A stretch of 64,000 bases of DNA from Atractiella rhizophila (lineage: Eukaryota). The translations under genes and the position numbers were made by a program. The stretch is taken from contig MU271422.1 in NCBI GenBank assembly GCA_021432655.1, positions 1 through 64,000 on the forward strand, given 5' to 3'. The notes under the pieces were generated by a model, which worked only from the letters and a program-made list of their open reading frames with translations, had not been told where the DNA came from and searched no databases. Shown here piece by piece: positions 11,801 to 21,121 of this stretch (position 1 is the first letter of the stretch; each line of letters opens with the position of its first letter).

Positions 11801-14298
11801 CGTTCACTGACAGAGTCCCTCGGCAATTGTTTTTACGACCATGGCAAGAACGAGGATGCTGTGAAGGCNNNNNNNNNNNNNNNNNNNNNNNNNAAGAGTG
11901 TTCAAACAACAGGACGGTCAAACGAGAGAGCGCGTAGACGAGAGAGCGTTCGGACGAGGGAGCGTTGATCTCCCCGTGAAACGTCCAACGTTGGGTAGCG
12001 ACTTGGTTTGAACTGGAAAGCGTTGACCTTCCGTGAAACGTGTAACGTCGGTTGGTCGTTGTACTTCGTTGGTGAAGTGCTGTCCAGCACTTCAACCACG
12101 GAAGTGGTACTTGGAGCATATAAACCCGCTCAAGTACAGCCCCGAGTAGGGCCGGAGCGCTTGGTAAAACCGACAACTCAGACTCGACTGTCCTGAGCTG
12201 CCACGCAAGGCAGGGCAGTCCAATCAAGGCAGTCGGTCTCGGAGTTGATCCGACTGCCCTGAGTGGGAACGGGACTGGGATTGAGGCAAGGGGTCGGTTT
12301 AAACTGACTACCTTGTCAAGGCAGGGCTTCCTTATCATCATCAGTTCGACCGTTCGTCTTGAGAGTCGTACTTTCTTCCGTCGTGACCTGTCTCTCCGTG
12401 GTGAGGTTAAGGATGAAAACAGCGCTGACGGGGAGGACACTAAGGAAGATTGTTCTCCTTCCGTCTACTAAGTCCCAAGTGTAGTTTGTTCGTTCAAGCG
12501 TAGAAAGTCGCGCATCGTGCGATAGTCGTCAAACTATCAGCGTAGCTTCGACTTAGAGGAGGGTAGGATCAGGGTCGAGACACCGCGTACCATGCCTTGT
12601 CAAGTCAGTGCTTCCTTATCATCATCCATCGACATAAGTATTTAGGAGGTAATACGTGTAAGTTACAACAACTATCAAGATGATTTTAGTGGTAGGTGTA
12701 CAACCGGCTAGACAAACTATAGAACGGGTCTAAGGGAGATCTTAGTACGAGACTAGTCAGACCGGGTATGTGGTCTTTTTAGTAGGAATGCAAGTCGGAT
12801 TAAACTATAGGAGACGAGATATACCAATAGCTTCCCCGACGTGTCTCAAACATTAACAGACTTCGTGAAATGAAAGGGCAAAACTAAAGGGTGAAGTTAT
12901 ATCTCACCAAAACGGAGGAGCTTGCGGAAGAAACGTAGGAGTAAGACCGGTGTAACTTTTAATTATAGGGGATAAAGTATCTACGTCAGCCGAAGTAGGT
13001 CAGCTAAGGGGTGACGTTATCTCACGGAAACGGAGGAGATTGCGAGAGTCACGTAGGAACAAGGCCGGTGTAACTTTTACTTGGAAGGGTTACGACGCTT
13101 GTGTCAGCCGAACTGGGACAGCTCTAGGGTGAAGGTACATCTCGTGGAAACGGAGAAGCTTTCGGAAATCTCGTAGGAGTAAGGCGGGTGTAGCTTTTAG
13201 TTATAGGGGTTACGACACTTGTGTCAGCCGAACTGGGACAGCTCTAGGGTGAAGGTACATCTCGTGGAAACGGAGAAGCTTTCGGAAATCTCGTAGGAGT
13301 AAGGCGGGTGTAGCTTTTAGTTATAGGGGTTACGGGGTTTGTGTCAGCCGAACTGGGACAACTAGAGGGTGAAGGTACTTCTCGTGGAAACGGAGAAGCT
13401 TTCGGAAGTCTCGTAGGAGTAAGGCGGGTGTAGCTTTTACTTATAGGGGTTACGGGGTTTGTGTCAACCGAACTGGGACAGCTATAGGGTGAAGGTACAT
13501 CTCGTGGAAACGGAGAAACTTTCGGAAGTCTCGTAGGAGTAAGGCGGGTGTAGCTTTTAGTTATAGGGGTTACGACACTTGTGTCAGCCGAACTGGGACA
13601 GCTCTAGGGTGAAGGTACATCTCGTGGAAACGGAGAAGCTTTCGGAAATCTCGTAGGAGTAAGGCGGGTGTAACTTTTAGTTATAGGGGTTACGGGGTTT
13701 GTGTCAGTCGAACTGGGACAGCTCTAGGGTGAAGGTACTTCTCGTGGAAACGGAGAAGCTTTCGGAAGTCACGTAGGAGTAAGGCGGGTGTAGCTTTTAG
13801 TTATAGGGGTTACGACGCTTGTGTCAGCCGAACTGGGACAGCTCTAGGGTGAAGGTACTTCTCGTGGAAACGGAGAAGCTTTCGGAAGTCACGTAGGAGT
13901 AAGGCGGGTGTAGCTTTTAGTTATAGGGGTTACGACGCTTGTGTCAGCCGAACTGGGACAGCTCTAGGGTGAAGGTACTTCTCGTGGAAACGGAGAAGCT
14001 TTCGGAAGTCACGTAGGAGTAAGGCGGGTGTAGCTTTTAGTTATAGGGGTTACGACGCTTGTGTCAGCCGAACTGGGACAACTAGAGGGTGAAGGTACTT
14101 CTCGTGGAAACGGAGAAGCTTTCGGAAGTCTCGTAGGAGTAAGGCGGGTGTAACTTTTAGTTATAGGGGTTACGACGCTTGTGTCAACCGAACTGGGACA
14201 ACTAGAGGGTGAAGGTACTTCTCGTGGAAACGGAGAAGCTTTCGGAAGTCACGTAGGAGTAAGGCGGGGTGTAGCTTTTAGTTATAGGGGTTACGACG
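8875..14298 (+). CDS. NLR-like receptor: patatin-like phospholipase - STAND/NB-ARC-like - TPR array; partly mirror-reversed in this assembly
   Basis: Forward 8875-9637: GLRILAIDNGGV...DVFDLICGTSTGGWIALMLGRLGM. Backwards read 10321->9677: CRTFVVSTY..KFRTY..CTVLEAARATS..NNPA..DEAKHIW..ACLVSLGSG..YHRFSV. Forward 10963-11868: LDFHALSIKLFA, SLSFSL.SP, LLSWVPDGL, LRMLAPIREY, then first TPR SLGNCFYDHGKNEDAVK. Backwards read 14298->12798: TPR units ending ...EQRISN-stop. Confidence 0.88.
9677..10321. other. Mirror-reversed (reversed, not complemented) segment encoding the patatin C-terminal half
   Basis: No sensible ORF in six frames. The backwards read gives patatin residues and an intact intron (gtatgt...ctgac...tgtag), with a few 1-nt indels. 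Confidence 0.93.
10322..10962. other. Assembly gap (641 N), expected to contain the Walker A/B part of the NLR
   Basis: N run. Its size (~210 codons) fits the missing NBD between the patatin domain and the LDFHALSI motif. Confidence 0.8.
11869..11893. other. 25-N placeholder gap at the start of the TPR array
   Basis: Exactly 25 N, falling mid-TPR after ...NEDAVKA. Confidence 0.95.
11894..14298. other. Mirror-reversed segment containing the TPR array, NLR stop codon and 3' flank
   Basis: The backwards read encodes TPRs matching the forward TPR before the gap. Its far end (...gagagagcaaactggcaggacaacaaacttgtgagaa) runs into the forward minisatellite at 14299 (cagcaaacttgtgaga...). Confidence 0.93.
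12841..14298. repeat. 120-bp tandem repeat: ~10 near-identical units plus 2 diverged units, encoding 40-aa TPRs when read backwards
   Basis: Unit read backwards: tac atg gaa gtg gga tct cga cag ggt caa gcc gac tgt gtt cac agc att ggg gat att gat ttt cga tgt ggg cgg aat gag gat gct cta aag gct ttc gaa gag gca aag gtg ctc = YMEVGSRQGQADCVHSIGDIDFRCGRNEDALKAFEEAKVL. TPR consensus G8, G15, A20, F24 and A27 are present. Confidence 0.95.
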
Positions 14299-14562
14299 CA
14301 GCAAACTTGTGAGATGGCCAACTCGCAAGGCGAACCTAAACGCTAGGTTGCAAACTCATGAGAATGCAAACTCGCAGGAATGCAAACTCGCGGGAATGCA
14401 AACTCGCGGAATGCAAACTCGCGGGAATCCAAACTCGCGAGACTGGGAACATGCGAGACTGCAAACGTGCGAGACTGCAAATGCGAGAGAGCAAACTCAC
14501 AAGACAGCAAACTCGTGAGACAGCAAACCCACGAGACGGCCAACCCGCGAGACAACAAACTC
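14299..14562. repeat. Degenerate ~16-bp minisatellite (gcaaactcgcgggaat / gcaaactcgtgagaca)
   Basis: Repeated gcaaactcg(c/t)g core at ~16-bp spacing. It continues in mirrored form at 11894-11960. Confidence 0.85.
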
Positions 14563-16043
14563 CGTCAGCCTGAACAAATTCTTTGGTGCGAATGGTTTCG
14601 TTACCTTCAGGTGTGATGCTCTTGACCAGCTCTTTCAATTTTTCATAGTGTTCAGTGGAGAAAGTACCTTTGTAGACTTCCCAACCGACGATGATAACCT
14701 CTCCATCCTCCTTTTCTTCAATGCAAAAGTCCAGATGTGTCCCCGCCCCACTCTCTTCTCCAGGTCCTGGGCTCGATCTCCCTCACTTCATCCATCTTTT
14801 CCAGCGCTCTCCTCTCCAAGCACCAACAACCGGCACGCTGGGGATCGTACCCTGCCTCCTGTCCGCCTTTGCTTTGGGTACTCTCGCATGGGTGATGCAC
14901 ACCAAGCCTTCCCTACACCCAGATAACACTGCTCCTCCCCTCTTTCCTCTCCCGGCAACATGTTTCTCACCTTCCCCTCGAAGGTGGGCGGAGAGGCCGC
15001 GATCAAGGGAGCGAGCGCTTTGCTTAAGGTCGCAGGTTGGGAATCGGACCCGCGAGGCTTGCTGGAGACAGAGGTGGCAATCTCGATAAGATTGAAGTCT
15101 CTTTCAGATGGATGGAGGAGGGTCGCTGCACATAGGTATTGAGAAGAACGAGAAGGCTGAAAGAGGTGCGGAAAGTGTGGAGAGAGTGAGGAGGTGGAGA
15201 CGGGTATAACGGCGGGTAGGGTTGGTGGATGGTTTGGATCGTGTGCAGGGTGATGTAGTGCCAGTAGAGAGGATTTGGTCTCAGTCTTTAAGGTAGGTAG
15301 GACAAACTCAGAAGTAGCTCAGACAGGCGCAGCGCCGAACTGTGCCTTCTGTCAGCACCATTTCTTTATCAAGAATTTAGTGGAGGGTTTTCTCCGAAGA
15401 GACGAAAGAAATCAGAGGGAATAAGACGCACCTCTTGGACTCTTGGACAGTCTAATGCATCTTCGGGATGTGTGGTAGAGTCTCAAGAACTTTGATGAAT
15501 GTACAAGCTTCTGGAACCCAGTCTCTGCCATGGGTGAACACTCACTGCATCGCTCTCTCACTCTTGAAGAGAGCAAGATTCCTGAGTTTTTTGTGCTGAG
15601 TGCCAAGTGTTTCTGCACAATCGGAGAAAGAGTCTTAGGAGTCCTGTGAGTCTCAAGTTTATCAACCCTAGCATGTCGACCTAACGAGGAGTGATGAGTT
15701 GGAGTTGGTGGGATGAATTTTATGTTCTCCCTCGTCAATTCGATATCATACAGACTTCATACTTCATATCTCCATTGGCTCAAGCAGAAGCATAACTTCA
15801 CCTTAGCCACAACGCCACTTCTTCTTAGGACCGTTTTCCGATCCGTTAGACAAGAGATCTTCAGTGCTGGATGGTCCATCCTTCTGTTACCTAGCATTCG
15901 TTCCTCCGTCTTGCAAGTTGACAAATTGATCAAGTTGCCCTAAGCTTTCTTCCCTTCTTATCCTCACATTCGTCTGGATTTTCTTTCATGCATTTGTACG
16001 TACGGATCTTTGGATCCGAATGCAGCTGTGCTGTGTTCAGTAT
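14563..16043. repeat. Copy 2 of ~1.46-kb direct repeat, downstream of the NLR
   Basis: Colinear with 7245-8708. Paired ORFs such as MNFMFSLVNS... (8370 and 15713) and MTRENIKFIPP... occur in both copies. Confidence 0.95.
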
Positions 16044-16937
16044 GATGAGCTACCAAAATCAATCGCTTGCCATTATAAATGCAGAAATTGGAGGAAATGG
16101 CTATCAATGTACAAGCAGCCTCAAAATTCTCTTCAAGGTTGTCAGCCTTCTCCAGACATATAGTTGATCGAATCAGCAAGGCCTGTGAGATAACGGTGTA
16201 AACACAGTGCATCCTTTAGAAAGTGCAGAAACGGTTATGCAAGCGACAGCAGTCTGTACCACCGACCACCATACAACAGGATTGGAGCCCCATGGGTTTC
16301 CCAAATAGAAAAAGTGCAAAGTGATCAATCTGATCCCCAAACCTGTATTGTTTCACTTTTTTGTGTTTCACGCTTGTGAACTCTGAGTTAATCTTTTTCT
16401 AGCTGTATTTTCGGTCACTTGGATCAAGTGGGAACTTAAAAAAGTGATACAAAAATGTGGAATCCAAGAAAAAGTGTGTTTTGGACAGTCCTAGTTGGCT
16501 CTGATTGTCCACATTTATCATATCCTCGTCCAACAGGCACACAGGATTCAAGGACAATCAAGCCCTGTGTCAGGCTTGCCCCTACGTATTACCGAAATGC
16601 ACCATCCGAGGTCACGTGACTCACTTTACCGTGTCATGAGATCACGTGCCTACCCATCACCGCTCTGCACATGTCTGCGCTGTTCGCTGCTTTCTCATTT
16701 CTCACACGAATTGCCGCTCAGCAAACCTTATACATTTCGCCGGTCTGCACCGTCTCCATTTTCGCCTTATTGTCCTTTCTCACGAGTGTGACCCAGTATA
16801 TCTTATTTCCGAGTATTCCCTTTATTACTTTCCTGATCTAGTTATCTTACACGTTTCAAGCAAAGTATGTTACGGTTTATGGCAGTGCCTTTACATATGT
16901 ATATATACATCGAGATGTAGTGGTGGTGACCTCAGCG

Positions 16938-17014
16938 TATTCTCTTAGGTTTACCTCCACTACAGGTTAGTCTTCTCATGACATACTATTCTCTTAGGTT
17001 TACCTCCACTACAG
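16938..17014. repeat. 28-bp direct duplication tattctcttaggtttacctccactacag
   Basis: Identical at 16938-16965 and 16987-17014. Confidence 0.85.
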
Positions 17015-17784
17015 ATGCATCACCCATCGGCGACCGCACATAGTGTTTGCCCTAACACCCTGAACAAGGAATGGATCGTTTGAGGAGTGACACCAGTGAA
17101 TCTATTCTTCTAAGATTCATCACTTTTTGGCATGAGTCATCAAACATACTTTTGAGCGTTCATACCTCCCTCAGTAGGCACGTTAAATTGAAATGAATTA
17201 CAACATCTGATTGCATATGCTTGTGCCTTTCTGAATCTACAAGGAAATTTTTTTCTGCAGAGGTCAAAAATGTGTCTCATACTGGACTAAAACCCTCACA
17301 AGGGTCAAAGTAGGGTCCAGGGGGCCATGCCCCTTGCGAGTGGGTTGGGGGGCCTGACGGAGAAGGCCGATGAATTGTTTAAGAAGAGATGGTTAATATT
17401 TGGAAGAGGAAACACGACGATTGGCATTGGTTAAGGGGAGGCAGGCATGTCAGTGTGTAAACCCAATCCTCCCGATATTTCGACCTGTTGTTTATGCAGT
17501 CTCCAGGAGACTGACCGCACATTTCCATATGCCCATCTTTGGACAGAAGCACGCCTCTGAATTTTGCAGCGAGACCTGAGCTGTATTCTTACCGTAAATC
17601 ACGTGACATTGTACGTCTTTCCTCTTCCCCTCCGTTCCGCTTCATAATCCATCTGATGGAACACATCCGGTAGCAGAGAAGGTGCAACCGACTTCGGATA
17701 GCCGTTTTATGAAGGAGATGTATAAAAGGCAGCTCGCTCACCTCCAAGGTCTCATCATCGAGCACTATAGCAGAAGAAAACAAG

Positions 17785-19264
17785 ATGCTTACTGGACAAA
17801 AGATCACCATCAAGGGTCTGCGCAAGAGCGCGACGATAGGGAGAATAGGTTACGGCCTGCTGAGCTTGTGCGTTTCTTCGTTGCTCCTTTCTTCGTGGGT
17901 TGACAATGATGAATAAAGGACGGCAAAGAACGACCTTGATCCTGTATCGGAAGCCCAGGCTATAGAAGCAATCAAGAGCGCCATAGACGGAGGTTCGACG
18001 TATCTGAACGCGGGTCCGGCTCTTTTCTCTCTCAAAATGCCTGACACGACTAACCTATGAATTGGACAGGCGAGTTCTACGGCCCTCCCTCCGACTTTGA
18101 CGCGAACATCAAGCTGCTCAATCGGTTCTTCAGCGTCCATCCCGAGTATGCGGACAAGTGTTTCCTCTGCGTCAAGGGTGCATTCGACATGAAGACGTAC
18201 CAGCCTAGGTGCTCGAAGGAAGGGTTGAAGGCGAGCGTGGAGAACATCACGAGGCTTTTGGGTGGGAAGAAGAGGCTCGATATGTTTTCCCCCGCTCGTG
18301 GTACGTATATCTCGCTCAAATCACCACCACATAGAGTTGAGTACCGATGGCGGTTGTTAGTCGATGCTACTGTCCCCATCGAGCAAGTCGCAAGGGATTT
18401 GAAAGCGTTGGTTGAAGAAGGACTGTTTGACTACGTGGGGATGTCCGAGTATGATCCTCTATTTCCCTCATTCAAGAAAAGTCTCAGACGACGACTGGGA
18501 ACAGATGCTCAGCCCAAACAATCAGGAAGGCACACGCAATCTGTCCTATCTCCCTTGTGCGCTTTTCTCCACACTTGTTCATGATACAACAATACTGAGT
18601 CTTTTCCGCTTTGGTATGCAGCTCGAAGAGGAATACAGCCCGTTCTCTCTCGATGTGGAGAAGAATGGAGTCTTGGATGCTTGCAAGGAATTAGGAATCC
18701 CGATAATCGCTTACAGTCCTATCAGTAAGCTCGGTGCTCTCCATAATGGAAGTCAGTTCACTCATATTCTGTATTACAGGCCGCGGAATATTAAGCGGTC
18801 AATGGAAGCAACCCACCGAGCTGGACGAAAAGGACCTTCGGAGGACTTTTGACAGATTCCAAGTCCGCTTCTCTTTCCTCTGTATTTCGACTTGCAACGT
18901 GGGCTCATGTTATGATTATTTCAGCCCGATAATTGGGATCATAATCAAGCTCTCGTCAACAAATTCCTGAGCATAGCGGAAAGAAAAGGCGTCACCGCTC
19001 CCCAACTCTGCCTCGCTTGGATATTGAAGCAATGGGAAGGATTCGTGCCTATTCCTGGAAGCGTATGTGCTCTTTGTCCCTCCAAGCCTTATTGTTGATT
19101 AGCGTATGCGAATACCATAGTCTAGGCCGCATGTAGTGCGAGAAAATCTGAAGGCTCTGGATGTGGTGTTGACGGATGAAGAAGCAGCTGAAGTGAGGGA
19201 CGCAGTGCAAGGTGTGGTGGGAGGGAGATACAACAAGTTCGTGGAGCATACCTTGGCTCTCTGA
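17785..19264 (+). CDS. Aldo-keto reductase (pyridoxal reductase-like), multi-exon
   Basis: MLTGQKITIKGLRKSATIGRIGYGLLSL, GEFYG, CVKG, LVEEGLFDYVGMSE, EEYSPFS, ACKELGIPIIAYSPI, PQLCLAWILKQWEGFVPIPGS. Confidence 0.9.
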
Positions 19265-19702
19265 GCAGTTATTGTATGTTTCGGATCGTTCTGAATTACG
19301 AGATTCCTTGCAAAGCTTTGTCGATATTATGGAAGGCAACAATGATAATGACACGTGAACTCCTCCCTCATTATGTGACGTCACTTTCATTACTACGATT
19401 GAGCACGCGAGAAATCTGAGCTACTTGCGGATCGAGATCATCTTAGTTAGCCCCCGCTTTGGTCAACCTTTGGTGACGGGATCAGCAATCCCAGTTTCAC
19501 GAGTGAACAGCTTACGTATGGCAGTCCTCAAAACACGGCAAAATACGCGAGGGAACGAATGACGCAGTCGATAAAACGGATCCAGTTTGCAAGTGCATCT
19601 GGAGGCGTCAACGGTGCGTCAAACCCTGCGCTTTTTCACGTCTGGCACCTGTTTCCAGTTTTCTAATCCCTCTTCGCTTGTCCGCTGACGTCTTTCATCT
19701 GC

Positions 19703-19712
19703 GATATAAAAG
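19703..19712 (+). promoter_or_regulatory. Putative TATA box of the CFEM gene
   Basis: atataaaagg about 100 bp upstream of the ATG at 19803. Confidence 0.45.
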
Positions 19713-19802
19713 GGAGTCCCTCCCTTCGTCCAGGAACCAGCAAAGTTCATTCACGTCAAATTTCACGACTTCCTCGCTTAACGAAAACGAAAAATAGTCA
19801 AC

Positions 19803-20788
19803 ATGATCGCCTTCCTCCCTCTGCTCGCTGCGACCGTCCTCGCCACCCCCCTCACCTTCCCCGTCTACAAGAGACAGGCACCTACTTTCCCAGAAGGCAC
19901 CCCCGCTTGCGCTCAGCGCTGTCTCGATAGGAAGTTCCAGGAACAATCCTCCCTCGCTCCTGGTACCCCTTCTGGAGATGTAGCCGCCGTTTGCCAAGTC
20001 CAGAGCTTCACGGCCGCTTATGCACAATGCGCGAGGGATCACTGTGTTTGTCTTTGTTGTTTCCCAGTTTGAGCAGTGGGGACTGAGAACCTGTCGATAG
20101 ACTGGAGACGAGCTCCAAACTGCTCTCTTGGCTGGTGCTGATCTGTGTGCGAATGCTCTTGGAGGTGGAAGTGGAAGTGGTGCGTCCCCTGCTTACATCC
20201 ATCACATTCAAAGCTAACAAATGAAATGTACAGGATCATCTGCAGGATCCAGCACCACCGCCAGCCCAACTGAGTCGAGCGCGTCCTCAACCGCTACGGG
20301 ATCCGGGGTAGGAGGAGGAGCCGGAGGAGCAAGCGTGTCTGCCTCCTCCATCCTCTCCTCCTTCTCCTCCGCCGCATCCGCCAGTGCCTCTGCTGCTTCC
20401 TCCTCAGCTGCCTCCGCCGCTTCCTCTGCTTCCTCAGCCGCTTCAGCCGCCTCTTCTGCCGCATCCGCCGCCAACGCTTCCCTCTCTAGCGTCCTCGCTA
20501 GCGCTTCCTCAGCCGCCGCCGCTGCCACCACGGTCACCGATGCTGCTGCCCACAGCTCCATCTTGGCTAGCATCAGCAGCGTGGTCGCCAGCGCTAGCAA
20601 TGCTGCCAGAGCGCCGCGAACCCGGTATGTCCTCTTTGTTTGCCTTAACACCCAAAACTAATCTCTCCCACGTTCAGGCCCCCACTACTGGAGCCACTGG
20701 AGGAAATTCTCCCGCTTCGCGTCTTACCGTCTCCTCGACCCTTGTCGGATTGGTCGGAGTTGCAGCAGGTTTCGTTTTTGTCCTTTAA
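19803..20788 (+). CDS. Secreted CFEM-like, Ser/Ala-rich, probably GPI-anchored surface protein
   Basis: Signal peptide MIAFLPLLAATVLA, KR-Q processing site, PACAQRC...D..AVC...C...C...C, S/A stalk, hydrophobic C-terminus LVGLVGVAAGFVFVL. Confidence 0.8.
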
Positions 20789-21121
20789 AACATGAAGACA
20801 TACGAAGAAATTTGAATGGACTCAGACTAAAGAAGAGGACGCGATGGTTTCTTTGCTTTGCTTTTCAAAATTTGTTACGATTGAACGATTATGAACATTC
20901 TTCTCTGTGCTTGTATAAAGCTTCAAAATCAGGATACGAATGTACATGAGAGTCGTTAATCATCTTTTCTTCCTGATCCGTATGGAGAAAACTTGATAAA
21001 AATCAGAAACAGTTCATCTTCGACTGAAGCCAACAGTAAGATTATGCACAGGTGAACGCACATCCCAAGGTGTGCATAATGTCAAGGTGTTAGACCACAC
21101 CGCAGAGACTTCAAGAGAGAT

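Noticed and set aside
10003..12440. Long ORFs spanning N runs or mirrored sequence (10003-11313, 10278-10985, 10284-11030, 11508-12440)
   Set aside because: Artefacts of N translation, antisense overlap or mirrored DNA.
12841..14298. CRISPR array, telomere-like repeat (ttataggggtt) or non-coding satellite
   Set aside because: There are no unique spacers and the context is eukaryotic. The 120-bp unit is 40 codons and decodes as a TPR when read backwards.
9677..14298. Genuine biological mirror inversion or backward-read gene
   Set aside because: No known mechanism produces it. Both blocks abut N gaps and carry 1-nt indels, so an assembly artefact is far more likely.
7245..16043. LTR retrotransposon with 1.46-kb LTRs
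   Set aside because: No TG...CA ends, TSD, PBS or gag/pol were seen, and the interior is an intron-containing NLR.
20214..20651. Ala/Glu-rich minus-strand ORF
   Set aside because: Antisense shadow of the Ser/Ala stalk of the CFEM protein.
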